The notes under the pieces were generated by a model. The model did not search any database. It saw nothing but the letters and a program-made list of their open reading frames with translations, and had not been told where the DNA came from. A stretch of DNA of 64,000 nt from Strigamia acuminata. Lineage: Eukaryota. Shown in pieces: positions 1 through 12,680 of the stretch; position 1 is the first letter of the stretch; each line of letters starts with the position of its first letter. The stretch lies in contig OX442314.1 of assembly GCA_949358305.1 (NCBI GenBank), positions 6,696,001 through 6,760,000 of the forward strand, written 5' to 3'. A program made the translations under genes and the position numbers.

Positions 1-2244
1 TGTCTCTTGATATGCTGGGACATGTTGTTTGTGTTCAAGTGGAGGTCCAATATTTAATTCGACTCCATCTTCCTCTTTATTGCGTAACAATAATCCAAAC
101 CCTAATTTGTCTTCTTCAAATCGTACATCACGTACCTCCATGATGCGTTCCTTTTCAGGTATAAATATTCGATAAGCTTTTCGATTTATCGAATATCCGA
201 CAAAAATTCCCTTTTGTGTTTTTGAACCCAACTTTGTTTGTTGAAACTTTGGTTTTAGCACATGTGCAACGCATCCAAAGCGCCTCAAATGATCAACCGA
301 TGGCTTTCGGTTGGTCCATTTCTCTTCTGGAGATAATCCATGTACAGAAGTCATACAATGATTTCGCGCATGAACGGCCGCATGCACAGCTTCACCCCAA
401 AACTTTTTGGGTAATTGTGATGCAATCAGCATTGTCCTGGCCGCCTCCATAATGGTGCGGTTTGCACGTTCAGATATGCCGTTAGACTGGGCTGCATATG
501 CCGTGGTGAATTCGTGCTTAATACCTTTCATTTTAAAGAATGCGGCTAGCGATGATGCGATAAATTCGCCCCCGTTATCGCTTCGTACCCGTTTTAAACG
601 CAATCCCGTTTGTACTTCTTGTTGAGTAACAAAACTTTGAAATACCTCGGAAGTTTGTCCTTTCGTTTGCAAAATCTTCACGAAAATCTTACGGCTAGTA
701 TCGTCAACGATGGTCAACACATAACTTCCATCCGAATATGTTGGCGGATTAATTGCCTCAACCAAGTCCAGGTGCAGCAATTCTAAAATTCGTGACGATT
801 GCTTTCCTTGCACAGCCGTAAATGGCTTGGTGGTTGTTTTTCCCTTAATACACGCCTCGCATGTGTTGGGAATTTCGAATTTCATATTTAGTCCCCTGAC
901 AATGCTTTGTTTCGACATCTGCATCAATGTCTTGAAATTGACGTGTGCCAAACGCTGGTGCCAATTGTCTTGTGTGACAACGTTTGCCTGTTCCGCATGC
1001 TTGCGACCTTCTTTCAATACGAAACAGTCCCCCTTACGGTTGGCTTCCATCACTACTTCATTTTTGTCAGTGAGTATCAATGCCTTTTGTTTTGTAAACA
1101 GTACCTGGCAGCCGCTATCTACTATCTTCGGGACAGACAGCAAATGTGTCTTCAATTTAGGCACGTACAAAACATTTTTCAGTTTGATGCCCGCACGTTC
1201 AGTCCGTATCTCCATATTGCCTTTGCCATCAGCTTGTAATTTATTCCCGATGCCTGCGGTGCTAATCTGCTGGATCCCTTCGTCAAATTGCCGGAACTTG
1301 CTTCTGTCCGACGTCATGTGGCTGGACGCGCCGGAATCTAACAGCCATTCAAATGAGATATTTGTCGTCTCAATTTCTTCTTTCTGAGCGACATGAAAAA
1401 CGAAATGAAATTCTGGCTCGTCCGTGGCGACAGCAACTGTTTCCTTTTTAACGCTGCCTCGCCCTCGTCCGCCTTGCTTTGACTTCGTGTCGTCACTGCG
1501 ATTCTTCTCGCTTTTCGGTCGCCAACAATCACGGGCATAGTGGCCTGGTTTGTCACAATTAAAACATTTAAAGTTTTCCTTTTTCTTGGCTTTGTATGCA
1601 CTTTCGGATGCATTTTCTCTACCGCCATCATGATTATTTCTGCGTAATTCGCGTTCTTCGTGCTTGAGTTGTGCACGGACCTCGTCCAATGTTAACGTCT
1701 TATTCGCACTCAACGCTTTCTTAGTTACGTTGTATTCTGTTTTCAGCCCGTGCAATATGTACGACGACATTTCTCGATCACTAAGAATCTTGCCCAACTC
1801 AGCGCTTTTGTTTGCTATCGCCTCTGCCCGATCCATATAAGTGTCGATATCCTCCGACTTCATCATTCGCAATTGCGCCAACTCGAACGTGCAATCAATT
1901 TTTTGGTCCTCTATGCGACCGGCCATGTGGGTTTCTATCTTTTTCCATAGCTCTTTTGCGATTTCCTCGCGACTGTATCGCATGGCTTGCTGCGTCGAAA
2001 GAGTTAACGCTATAACTGCTAATGCCTGCGCGTTTTTCTCGTCCCACGCTTGCCACTTGACTAAATCATCAGCATAACCGGGCGCTCCTACTACTGGTTT
2101 GGCAGGACCATCATTAACAATTGCGTCTTCCCATATTTTCTTGACGCGCAAAATAGCTCGTACTTTCATTCGCCACAGAAAGTAATTGCTGTTCGTGAGT
2201 TTTTCCACTGTTGCGACGTTGCCTATGCCTGTGTCCGTCGCCAT
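1..2244 (-). CDS. Copia A gag-pol polyprotein (partial, runs off the window edge)
   Basis: Hand translation from the ATG at 2244: MATDTGIGNVATVEKLTNSNYFLW..., zinc knuckle CFNCDKPGHYARDC, protease WLLDSGASSHMT, WHQRLAH/CEAC, integrase LLHLDL...VDD...RSDNGGEF, and SH3-like GIFVGYS...KAYRIF. Absent from the ORF track, probably because no stop lies in the window. Confidence 0.93.
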   Translation of the reverse strand, partial: MATDTGIGNVATVEKLTNSNYFLWRMKVRAILRVKKIWEDAIVNDGPAKPVVGAPGYADDLVKWQAWDEKNAQALAVIALTLSTQQAMRYSREEIAKELWKKIETHMAGRIEDQKIDCTFELAQLRMMKSEDIDTYMDRAEAIANKSAELGKILSDREMSSYILHGLKTEYNVTKKALSANKTLTLDEVRAQLKHEERELRRNNHDGGRENASESAYKAKKKENFKCFNCDKPGHYARDCWRPKSEKNRSDDTKSKQGGRGRGSVKKETVAVATDEPEFHFVFHVAQKEEIETTNISFEWLLDSGASSHMTSDRSKFRQFDEGIQQISTAGIGNKLQADGKGNMEIRTERAGIKLKNVLYVPKLKTHLLSVPKIVDSGCQVLFTKQKALILTDKNEVVMEANRKGDCFVLKEGRKHAEQANVVTQDNWHQRLAHVNFKTLMQMSKQSIVRGLNMKFEIPNTCEACIKGKTTTKPFTAVQGKQSSRILELLHLDLVEAINPPTYSDGSYVLTIVDDTSRKIFVKILQTKGQTSEVFQSFVTQQEVQTGLRLKRVRSDNGGEFIASSLAAFFKMKGIKHEFTTAYAAQSNGISERANRTIMEAARTMLIASQLPKKFWGEAVHAAVHARNHCMTSVHGLSPEEKWTNRKPSVDHLRRFGCVAHVLKPKFQQTKLGSKTQKGIFVGYSINRKAYRIFIPEKERIMEVRDVRFEEDKLGFGLLLRNKEEDGVELNIGPPLEHKQHVPAYQET

Positions 2245-2747
2245 TTTGGAAATAACCTTCAATTTGAACAGGCGAATCAACAAACTTATTTGATAATAAT
2301 TACGACTCAACACTTATCTGCTCTTGTGCCAAATTAATCCAGGCACAAGAAATTATTGCGAATGCTCCACGTTGCTATTTCTGCTTTTCCGTCCGTATTT
2401 ATTCACCGCCGAAAGCTGCACGTCGCTCGTACGTTTTCCCGACGTGTCAATCTCTGCTCCGGCGTGCGTTTAGGCCTCGTGCACCGCTAGCGGAACAATA
2501 TATCAATGTTTGAAATGTAAATGGGCTTATAATGCTTTATAGCCGCCCGAATTTCGAAACAACTTAGCTGTAATGGTGCCTTTTATCGTCCCAGGCACAA
2601 CTACTTCCACTTAGCGTTGCCGAGTCATTCTCTATTCCTCGCCGTCGACCGTAATGGCTGCGCCGTCCCGTCGTCGGTCACGTTGACGATACGTTCGCGT
2701 TTGCAAGTCGTATTGAATCCAATTCAGCGTGTACCGCAGGGCAGCAC

Positions 2748-2765
2748 AACCGCCCACTGCTACCA
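2748..2765 (-). promoter_or_regulatory. Primer-binding site, tRNAiMet 3'-end type
   Basis: TGGTAGCAGTGGGCGGTT directly after the LTR, similar to the complement of the tRNAiMet 3' end (TGGTAGCAGAGGATGGTT). Confidence 0.8.
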
Positions 2766-2766
2766 A

Positions 2767-2995
2767 TGTTGAGGATGTCGACGAGAAATAATGCAGTTTA
2801 ATTGTTTAAACTAAATAAAGACGGTTTATTAGACCTGCGACTTGACTTGTTCGCAAGGTCAAACTTCAAAAAGCAATAATACACACTACGTCAATAGGCA
2901 GTACAAATCTTTATGCCATCTGACGTGCAAGAACGAATCACAATGTTATAAACAAAAACACACTAGTATGTTCACTGCAAAATATCTACTCAACA
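2767..2995 (-). repeat. 5' LTR of Copia A (229 bp)
   Basis: TG...CA ends with a 7-bp terminal inverted repeat, adjacent to the PBS. Confidence 0.85.
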
Positions 2996-3110
2996 GGTAT
3001 CGAATCGGTGCTAATTTTGAAGACTAGTCTGCCTCAAGTATGTGTCAATGTCCAGTTCACGCAGATTGGTTTGGTTCGTGGGCGTAATGAAATAAAATTT
3101 TTGATTACCC

Positions 3111-3422
3111 CTAACACGAGTCTTGACACACGGCTTCGATGCTTGCCAGTTGTACACTTCGGTTGACGGTGTCTGGTCTTCGCTCTAAGAACCAATCAGC
3201 CACCATTTGCTTCATCACTTCCATGAACCTATTAAGGAGGAGCCGATCTCTCAAAGTGTAATGCGACTTTATGACACTATTGGTTGACTCCAGGCCATTG
3301 TTTGTGCAAGGAGAGCCCAGACAATGACCAACATGCCACCCAACAAAACGATTCAAGTACTCCTCCTCAAAGTAATCAAGGAAATCCACAACGCTTGTTC
3401 CAAGTCTCCATTTCTTCAGCAA
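3111..3422 (-). pseudogene. MULE/Mutator-like transposase fragment
   Basis: FLDYFEEEYL...W...TNNGLESTNSVIK matches the catalytic-Glu region (TNN..ES) of MULE transposases. Confidence 0.7.
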
Positions 3423-4055
3423 TAGGCCTTTTGCTACGTCGAAATGCTAGAAACGTCAAAAACGTCATGAAAACGTTTCCGGGGGAAAAAAAAGAATTTG
3501 GGGGTTCGGTTCAATGATTAGGATAGAAATTCAACATGTGCGCAATTAAATATTTCTGGTATTTTGGAAAATATGAATGGGGGGTCGATAAATACAACCC
3601 AATGTAAACTGTGTTCGAACTCCAATGGTCAATGCTGACCTTTTGTTATTATTCGCTATGCTGTCCAACAATATTTTTGCGATTAAAATAAACATAAACA
3701 CTATGCTAATTTTCAATACACAAATGGCTGCTGATTAATTGCGCCTTACAAACATTGAGATAAAGAATCAGCAGTTTACAGTAATATTGTTAATTGTTGT
3801 GAAAGTAGATAAAAATAGTGAATAAATATAAATAAATAAATTTATAGTTTGCGAATAAGTATTGTACAATTAAATTGCTTAGGTCATTTCTTTAAAGTTA
3901 AAAATGGGGTGTCAATAGTATATCCCCTTAATGCATCCAGTGTTATCTTTACAATAATGATTTTTGTGTTGAATAAATACATATCTTTTGTAAAATTGGG
4001 ACTACATGATTTGAATTTCTTATGTGGATAGTGTTAACAAGTACTTTGTAATATT

Positions 4056-4452
4056 TTAGGGCTTCATTATGAACGGAAATTGGCAACCCTTTTGCTGACG
4101 GTACCAATTAACGATGTTTAAAATCCAAGGGTATAGAGACATCAATGACATTCCCAAACCTAATCCTACAATGCTGCCCACATCGCTTATCAATTGCGAT
4201 ACTGGATAAGCTTGTTTTTCTTCTGTGGTCTCGATTAAACTATCAGCAAATCTAACACCTATGCCTGTCTTAAACTCAAACGGATATTCACTCCCTTGTA
4301 AAATGGTTTGGTAATAAATAATTTCACAAGGTTGTTTACATTTGCAATGTTTGTGATTTGAGTTATAATTGTTTAAGTACATAAAATGAGCGGTTGTGAC
4401 GTCCATTGTAGTGTTGCAAGCCGGTAAGATAGGTTTTGCCATATATGGTAAT
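4056..4452 (-). CDS. DEG/ENaC (pickpocket-like) channel, terminal exon with Cys-rich thumb end and TM2
   Basis: tttcag acceptor, then RLPYM...LPAC...CKCKQPCE...EEKQAYPVSQLISDVGSIVGLGLGMSLMS and a stop. Confidence 0.85.
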
Positions 4453-5259
4453 CTGAAACAAATAATACGCAAATTGGCGCTCGGTTCTTGTAACTGCCTG
4501 GGCCCGTTTAAGAGGCGGATCTAATTAAGTGCTGCGAGTCATAAACATCACCGATTTTTACGAAAAAATCACCAATTTCTTTCAGAAAATTGGAATTTTT
4601 CTATACTTTTCAGTAATAATTTTTTTTGAATAAGTGCCATGATATAAAGACCAAATTAAATAAATAATCGTTCGGGCGTTTATTTGAAGCTTACGGCAGT
4701 TGGCTCACGGTGTTTAAATCTTTAATTATCACTGTGCGGGAAGCATTCCGAGCTGAAATTTATTTGTATTGCTCCTCAGTTTTTTTTTTTTTTTAAAAAA
4801 CTTCCATGCTGAGTGCGTGCATTTGGGTTGTGACAAAAAGACGGATGTGAAGGGTATTAAACATTAAAACAAGCACATTAAACTTTTATTTTTATTAACT
4901 GTTGTTTTTGGTGTACCATAGGGTATTACAAAATAAGAAAAGAAATTTGAAATTGATTAAATGTAAGTGAGCAAATACAAGTATGTGTGCGCTGATACGA
5001 CTGGCAACCAGTTAGTTGGTGGTTTACATTTTGTTATTATTTGACGCTTCCACAAGTTTATCCTTAACGAACACATTTTGAATGTCTAATTTCCCTGTAA
5101 CCTTTACTCCGTAGGAGTGACATTAATAAATAAATTAAGAGCGTGCAATTTCTCAACGGGCACTGAATGTTGTGGTGATCTCGAATTGTTTCACCACTTA
5201 AGAAGTAAATATTAATTATTTCCTAATTAATTTGGCTTGGCACACGCCAAGTCAGATCA

Positions 5260-5995
5260 TGTGACCGAGGGGAGAAATCTTCCCTAGGCACATATCACCT
5301 CAGGTTGGCTGGGGTGAAAACGGCAATTAGCCGTTATGGTGCAATAATCCTTTGTTTCACCAGTTTTAGCTAATTGCGCAGATTATCTGCGCAATATTGA
5401 AGCGTGCCGGGCTCGCGCTCTAGCTTCAATCGGGACTCTTAAAAATACAACACAAACCACAACATCACTGCTTATTCTCTCCTGAAATGTATTGACAGTG
5501 GACCGTGTTCTTTAAGTTTCACCAGCTTGCTTTGTACCAACGTGCGAAGCCAGCTATTTGCGTAAATCAACCGCCGTTGATTTCCGCATTCGAGAAGAGA
5601 AGTTTTCCGCGCGAACGTTAGCCATCGCCATCGTACGCCGAACGGACGCCTGCCCGACGTGAACCACCGCCATCGCGCCGTCGTACGCCGAGTGGAAGAC
5701 TCGCGAGAACCATCATCGTTCATCCGATCATCGTTCGTGAGTTTAGAGAAGACCTAGTCTTCAAACAACGACAGTTGTTAAGCGCCATTACAGCGCTTTC
5801 TACTCGTAACAGTCGTTACGAGTAATTCCATTGTTATTTCCATCATTTTTATCGTATTTATTCATATTGTTCTCGTATTATCATTGTATTAACCGAATAA
5901 ATATTGTGTGCATTTGAATTAATAAAACTGTGTCTTTATTTCTTAGGAAATTAACCCTAGATAATTTAAGGCCGCGATATAAGTCTCTCGTAGCA
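5260..5995 (+). repeat. Possible solo LTR
   Basis: Starts TGTGACC, has a CpG-rich middle and AATAAA signals near 5897 and 5921, and may end in CA. No TSD found, so boundaries are uncertain. Confidence 0.35.
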
Positions 5996-6000
5996 TTTAC

Positions 6001-6272
6001 CTGCGGTATCTCAAGCATATTTATTAGAAATTTGTTTGAAATAACCCGGATTGCAGCAATGTATAGTTTGCTTGAGGTGCAAAAAATATAACTGCTTTTG
6101 GACGTGTTTTTGAATGTGTGAATATTTGTAAACAGTCATGTTGTGCTAATTGACAAAATCGGAGCTGAGGTGTAAAAATATCTGAAATACTACCTGCAGT
6201 TAATACTTTGAAATAAATTGTTGTGGATGCAGGCCTTTTTACACTCGAAATAAGCACTTGTGTTTTTTTCAC
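6001..6272 (-). pseudogene. Possible degenerate DEG/ENaC extracellular exon
   Basis: Ends at AG|GTAAAT in the phase needed to join the R-LPYM exon at 4452 and contains NYTLLQ, but has two in-frame stops near 6021-6026. Similarity is weak. Confidence 0.3.
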
Positions 6273-6394
6273 ATGGATTGGGCTTCGTATTTCTTCGTAT
6301 AGTCTATTTCATCAAATGAAAGTACTTGGTAAAAGCTTATAAACAAGGTGGGCCAAGAGTCATAAAGCAGTCTGAAGTAATAACTTCTTTCATC

Positions 6395-6545
6395 AAATTT
6401 TTTAAAAAATTTTCTTTAACTATTTTATAAAGAAGACTTAGAAGATTAATCATGGAAAAATTCACGACCGAACAGAAAACAAATTGTGAAATTTTACTAA
6501 CAAACCCAAGGATCAATAATTCTGACCCAACATCCAACAATGAAA
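6395..6545. repeat. Dispersed AT-rich repeat; inverted copy at ~13720-13850 and partial copy at ~10965-11060
   Basis: Shared AGAAGACTTAGAAGATTAATC and GGATCAATAATTCTGACCCAACATCCAACA segments. Confidence 0.6.
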
Positions 6546-7536
6546 TTTCTAACAATCATTGATTTGCTTGGAGAAATTTCATGTCATAATGGCTGCTCTT
6601 TGGGTCAGAATTGATTTTTGATTCTTGGATTCTTGGTGTGGTGAATTACATGATGTGTGTCACTCGCCATTGCTCATTTCTAACAATAATCTTTATTGAT
6701 TCATTCTTGATGTTTACCGGTAATCTTAACAAATCTTTTGGTACAATGTAATTCAATTGTTTGGTTGCAATGCAAGAGAACTTAGCTACCACACTCGGTT
6801 TCCACATGTAAATAAAAGAATTTGACAGAGAAATCCAAATCCGTGAGAAACTTTATTTCAACTAAATTAATGGATACAATGACAAGTGACTAACTTTACC
6901 TTTAGTGGAAAACCCAATTGATTCAAGTTTAGTTAATCAGTGGGTGAAAAAATGTTCGTTCAGTGAAAAACGTAGTGATTGGGGATTTCAATATGTTCTC
7001 ACTTATTGGAAAATTCAGGAAGACTAGGGATTTAATAAATAGAGTCCATTTGGTTACCTTGAATAATCGAAAATTGACTAAATTAAACAAGCCATAGTGT
7101 AAAGCCAATGGTGCCAAAATGTTGACTTCATCTTCTGGATGATTGAAGTGTAGCTGAATATAATTGTAATACACTGTTAGTTTTTGGATTCAAACAATAA
7201 AAATTCCTAAAATCATGAATTTTTGGCAAATGGGCACAGACGCATCACATATCCACCCATGATCAAAGAATCACCTGTCTACACCTTAAATTGAAATGGA
7301 TACCAAATTGTCCAATGGGAATCTAAAACCACTGAAATCTATCGTTTTATCAACGTTCATTTGTTTACCCAATGTTCATCTTTTCCCGTTCATTGTTTTG
7401 ACTTTTCGCCGGTCACGTTTACTTTGACTTTAACTTTGACTTTTTGTGTAATCTGTTTCATCTTTGAATGCTCTTAATAATCGCTAAAAATATGTTCAAC
7501 TACAATAATCTAGATAAACAGACTTTTCACAGACTA

Positions 7537-8476
7537 CCGTCTTCCCCTGAATATAACACCATGGTATTGTATTCGTCAAATAACATGTAAGTTTGTAAAA
7601 AAAAAGAAAATTGTTAATATATATTGAAAACTGTGATTAAAAAAACAAACAATATCCTGTATGTTTTTATTTTTTGTGTTTTATTTAAAGTAACAAAAAC
7701 AACAATAAAAATAAACTGAATGAAAACGTACGTGTGCTGTTTCAGTAGCGTTTTGGAAGCGTACACTGTACGTCTTTCATAGTTTTCTTAAAATTCGAAT
7801 ATAACACCATGGTGTTGTACAGTCGAAACTCTTTATAACGAATCGCAAGGGACCGGAAGAATCGATTCGTTATAACGAGAATTCGTTAAAACTAATTAGA
7901 TGAAAAAATTTAATTTTAGCACCAAGCACTATTTTTTTTGTAAGCCTTGATTACCACTGGCAAGTTACATGTTAATTTTATCCCGATTTCTTAAAATTGT
8001 TGAAATTTTAGAACTGGACAAATTAAACTCCTCTGCTACAATTGATGGCTTCTTGCCATTGTCAATGGCATCAATAATGTTCAACTTGTCGTGAATCGAA
8101 ATTGCCTTTTGTTTGGCAGTCATTTTCATTTTCCTTTGTTTTCTAAACATGGGCATCGGATGTTGTGATTCATGTGATCAGTTTTGAAAATTCGTTATAA
8201 CGATAGCTTATGGGTATTATAGTGTACCTGAAAACTTGTTTGTTATAACGAATAATTCGTTATATTGAAATTCGTTATAACAAAAATATATAACATGGTG
8301 TTCTATGGCTGGCCAACCAAGTCATTCTCAACAATTCGTTATAGCGATAATTCGTTATATCGCGATTCGTTATAAAGAGTTTCGACTGTATTCGAAAACA
8401 ATAAAAAAATTCGAATATAACACCATGGGGGTGTATTCGAATACAACACCGTGGTGTTATATTCGGGGGAAGACGG
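7537..8476. mobile_element. Tc1/mariner-superfamily MITE (outer)
   Basis: TIRs CCGTCTTCCCC.GAATATAACACCA / GGTGTTATATTCGGGGGAAGACGG, flanked by TA on both sides. Confidence 0.85.
7820..8388 (-). mobile_element. pogo/Tigger-derived MITE nested in the outer MITE; retains the transposase N-terminal HTH
   Basis: TIRs CAGTCGAAACTCTTTATAACGAATCGC with TA TSD. ORF 7965-8156 (KAISIHDKLNIIDAIDNGKKPSIVAEEFNLSSSKISTILRN) resembles the CENP-B/Tigger N-terminal HTH. Confidence 0.88.
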
Positions 8477-8711
8477 TAGTGCCTTATGCCTTTTGGGCCT
8501 AACACCCCTGCAAGGCCCCTCAAACCCAAATTACCCCAAATTTTTTTTTAAGAAAATTAATTGGGTTTTATCAACATCAGTAAAACAAAACTTGTTTTGC
8601 AGCGGAAGGGGGGCCTTGCAGTCTTCAGATTTCATATTTGCCTAGAGCTCACGGATGCTAAAACTGCAACTGTTGTGCCCGTCTGGCCACCCATGATGAC
8701 CTACGTCACTC

Positions 8712-9350
8712 TATACTCTTTCCACACTCAAGAGGAGCCCTGGAAGCTGGGCTCCCATTGGCCTACTTAGAACTGCAATGCAACTACTGCTACACAGGTT
8801 AAATAGCTTGGCCAATGGGAGCCCAGCTTCCAGGGCTCCTCTTGAGTGTGGAAAGAGTATACACACTGCTCACTGTCCCTAAAGTCATCCCCCCTTGCAG
8901 GATAAACTGACCCATTGAAGGGAAGGAGGGAGCTGAGTGGTTTGGTGAGACAGAGAGAGAATGTTTAGGGCGGCACAGAGAGAAGACGTGTGCTAGGCAG
9001 GTCCTGCAGGCAGCCAGGGTAACAATGCCCTGTGCTGACTCCGCTCTCTTTCCATTCACCACTGTGACGCTCAGTAACATGGCGATGGACTGTAGGTGAG
9101 TACAGCAAAATGTTATGTGTTACCCGACCATATCACCTACAGGCTAATGCCCTGAGTGTGACGGGTCGGTTGCTGGTGTGGCATGCCCTATTGGCATCAC
9201 CAACACAGGTCATAGGAACTCTGACCCCTAGTCGACGGATTAAAGGCCAACAACCAACAATTCGGAGTCCCTGTCTCCATCATTTACGTGAAATCCTGTC
9301 CCACCCATGGTAACCAGTCTCCAGGTTGCTATGGAGAAGACTGTCCTTTC
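8712..9350. repeat. Unclassified interspersed repeat (related copy at ~62690-63200) starting with a perfect 52-bp inverted duplication
   Basis: Shared GGAGGGAGCTGAGTGG, GCCCTGTGCTGACTC and GTGACGGGTCGGTTGC blocks. Arms at 8712-8763 and 8810-8861. Confidence 0.7.
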
Positions 9351-9931
9351 ACAATGTATTTAGATCCAACCTTTATTGTATTCAAGTCTCAGTGCTGCTC
9401 GGAAACTCACCCAGACTTTCAATTTACCACAGTCCATTTTTCTAAATTAAAATATTTATTAGTGTAATTAACATTATGTGCAATTGTTGCAAACATTTAA
9501 GGTGTATTTTGGAGAAAATATTTTATCCCACCTTTAGATCCGGGCGACATACTTTTGGAGGAAATAGCGATTTAATCATTAGACCAATGCCTATGAAACC
9601 TTTTTCTGAAAAACATTAGAAAGATCAGAATCAGGGTTGGCTACTTTTCAGATTAAGTACATCAATATTAAGATTAATATTAATATACATATTAAGAATA
9701 ATTCTTTATTGTGAGTATTGTTAATAGTTTGTTGTTTCGTATTAGTTATAAGACGATTGACCATCCAGAGGCACTTAGATTTTTATTAGAAGTAAGTACT
9801 GGTTCAGTGTTGGGTTGATCTGCTACTGCAAAAAGAGTAGCACAACGCAGTATGTGCTACTTTGATCTAAGTTAGCCATTAAGTTAGAAAACTTGTAGCT
9901 TGCTGTTTCTACAGGTTACATTTTTCTTTAA

Positions 9932-10957
9932 CCTTCCCATAGCCAAGCGTGGTTACAACACGTAGCTAGCGGATCACTCCTTATTAGCGAATCCCATTTT
10001 AGCGAATTTTAATTTTATAAACCCATTTTAGCGATCTCATTTTAGCGAAAATGAGATTACATCACCGCAACATTGGGTGCATTTTAGCGAAGCCCGTTTT
10101 AGCGAAAACTCGTTTTAGCAAAAAATGTATTTTTTAAAAAAAGATCAAACACTGTGCTTTCACATTATAAATGAATAACTAACCCAACTAGGAATTGCAC
10201 GTTTACACTTCTCACTTCTCTTCCAAACAAAGTTAGACGGAGAAATAACTCGAGACCGTTTTTCCGGCGATTTTGTCGATTTGCGTGTCATTTTCGGCCT
10301 GTTTTGTGCCGTTTTCGTCCGTTTTTCGGCCGGTTTCGTCGGTTTCTGCGTAGATTCTCGTTCAACCACTTCGTTTTAGCGAATCTCACTTTAGCGAATC
10401 CTATTTTAGCGAACACATTGTTTTAGCGAATTTTTTGGCGCTGAAACAAGGCATTTGCTAAAACGAGTCGTCGCTAAAATGGATTCGCTAAAGTGAGATT
10501 CGCTAAAACAATGTGCACTCGCTAGCTACGGTCAAATCGGCCTTCTTTTAAAATGCTTTTGTGCATGTGCAGAATCTTATTTTTCCAGGTGCAATCGCAT
10601 TTTTTCTGGTTTGAGCACATTAAAACATGTGCTGAGGCCAGGAAAAATGTGATTGCACCTGGAAAATTAAGATTCTGCACATGCGCAGAAGCGTTTCAAT
10701 ATACCGTCTAGTGCTAAAAAGTGGCAAAACAGTGTACGGCGCTCACGTAATGGTGTTTTATGTTGTAAATTTTCTTCCTATTATTAGTTTAACTTATTCA
10801 TATTCAAAAAAATGTTAGAACTTAGTTATTATAAATTTAGAAAAAATATTTTTGGAGGAATTAAAGCTGGTCCCCTAAATTAATTTTCAGGAAAAAAAGA
10901 GTTACAGCTATTTTACTACTTTTGTTTTTTTTCTGACCCACCATGGCTGTGGGAAGG
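9932..10957. mobile_element. piggyBac-type non-autonomous element
   Basis: TTAA|CCTTCCCATAGCCA ... TGGCTGTGGGAAGG|TTAA. Confidence 0.8.
9961..10530. mobile_element. MITE with TTTTAGCGAA subterminal repeats, nested in the piggyBac-type element
   Basis: Inverted ends CGTAGCTAGCG / CGCTAGCTACG and many TTTTAGCGAA / CGCTAAAA motifs. Confidence 0.65.
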
Positions 10958-11693
10958 TTAACTATTTTGGAAAGAAGACTTAGAAGATTAATCCTGGAAA
11001 AATACATTACCAAACAGCAAACAGAAATTGGGAATTTTACTATCAAAAGCAAGGTCAATTCTTACTCAACGAGCATATCAATGATCAGACGTTTGATTGT
11101 GTTGCGATCTCACTTTTACAATTAAAGATAACAATATTGCAATCTCACTTTTACAAATAAATATAAAAATATCGCGATCTCACTTTTACAAATAAAGATA
11201 ACTATCGCAATCTCATTTTTACAAATAAAGATAACAATATCACAATCGGCTGCTTTGCACACACAAAACACAAAACAAGACATGATTTTATCACAAAGCA
11301 AACACCTTCCCATTGTTCATCTCTGAAATGCTTATATTTTTAGGTCTAAATAACCCTGGGAAGATTTGGGAACTCAAACATGAAACTAGCCATCCGGATG
11401 GCTTGCAACAAACTGTAAAAATTTCTGCTAAAGTGATGGTGCGGAGCTGTGTCGACTATAATGACACAAGGGGCTTGTGTTTCATCTGAGAAACTGTAAA
11501 TTCCGATGCTGACTGCAAAAATTTGGAAAATTATTCCAACAGCTGAATCTATGGTAATAGATTTTGCTACAAAAACTCATGTTACATGAAACAAGCCATG
11601 TGGATATGACATAATGGTCTTAGTATCACATGATCTGATAGTGGGATTATCCCATAATGAATCTATAGGCATGTCACTAAATATTAAAAAAAA

Positions 11694-11862
11694 CTATTCC
11701 AAACTTTTTGAACATGATTTTCATTATTCCAAACTTTTTGAACATGGTTTTCATTATTCCAAACTTTTTAAACATGGTTTTCATTATTGGAAACTTTTTG
11801 AACATGGTTTTCATTATTGCAAACTTTTTGAACATGGTTTTCATTATTCAAAACTTTTTAAG
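11694..11862. repeat. 30-bp minisatellite, ~5.5 copies
   Basis: TATTCCAAACTTTTTGAACATGGTTTTCAT in tandem. Confidence 0.95.
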
Positions 11863-11951
11863 CACTAGTGTTGTATTCAAATGCAGTTTACTAGAAAACT
11901 ATGCATCCTACAGGGGCATTTTTTGGCTCAATCTAGAGTTAAATTACTGTA

Positions 11952-12182
11952 CTGCCTCGTTTAAACGCCCAGGTTCGTAAAGACGCCAGACCCGTTTTAG
12001 CGCCGGGCAGCCATAGGCGATCCACAGAATTGGTGCCTGCCCCAATTAAGTGCCGGGTCTCCAAAAATCGCCAATTTTTTGCAAAAAAATGGTGTTGCAA
12101 AAAATCGCCCATTTTTCGGTTATACGTCGGGTCCCAATAAACGCCGGGTTTCAAATTGGCGCCGGGCGTTTAAACAATGCGG
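11952..12182. mobile_element. Small TA-TSD MITE
   Basis: TA|CTGCCTCGTTTAAACGCCC ... GGGCGTTTAAACAATGCGG|TA. Confidence 0.7.
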
Positions 12183-12244
12183 TAATGTATGTTATTTTTG
12201 AGAATATTTTCTTTTATTTAGTGAGAGCTTTCAAACAATGATGT

Positions 12245-12680
12245 TGTGACGGTTACGCTGTCATACATTTTGCTAAGTTAAGGACGTTTATTCTGCCAAT
12301 AGATGGCGCTAGTGCTTTTTAGCGGTAATTTCAAGTTTCAAACTTTTTTAGCAGATTTAATATATAAATGTAGATTTATATATTAAATTCCGTTTTTTTC
12401 AGCAGATATTAATACTTGTTAATATGTTCTAATGTTAGTTGATTTGTTTGCCACATAATTTTATTGAATTATGTGCAAACTTCACACATGGTGTGGTCAC
12501 CACTCACCACCCACTGGGAATTGGACTTATTCCGGATTATAGTCAAGGACTTAATCCGAAATGTATCCTGAGTATCCAGTTCCTAGATAGGACCTAGTAG
12601 AAGACTATGTCCTAGGTATCCACTTCCTATAATCTAGGATTGGATGGATTTAGGTGCCCAGTGATCCCATTACAGTAGAC
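12245..12680 (+). repeat. Truncated copy of the TGTGAC...GTCACA solo-LTR-like family
   Basis: TGTGACGGTTAC, CAATAGATGGCGC and GGACTTAATCC/TATCCAGTTCCT blocks shared with 17311-19662. Confidence 0.6.

Larger units (their letters stand above)
1..2995 (-). mobile_element. Ty1/Copia LTR retrotransposon A, 5' half (truncated by window start)
   Basis: LTR at 2767-2995 with TGTTGAG...CTCAACA ends, followed on the minus strand by a PBS and an uninterrupted gag-protease-integrase frame. Confidence 0.95.

Noticed and set aside
216..2077. Plus-strand ORFs up to 186 aa
   Set aside because: Antisense shadows of the Copia A polyprotein. The same applies to most short ORFs overlapping gag/pol elsewhere.
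11340..11676. Additional DEG/ENaC exon on the minus strand
   Set aside because: There is a plausible acceptor, but several stops and only vague similarity.
11694..11862. CRISPR-like array or repeat-protein ORFs (11614-11980)
   Set aside because: Head-to-tail 30-bp units without unique spacers, in a eukaryotic context: a minisatellite.
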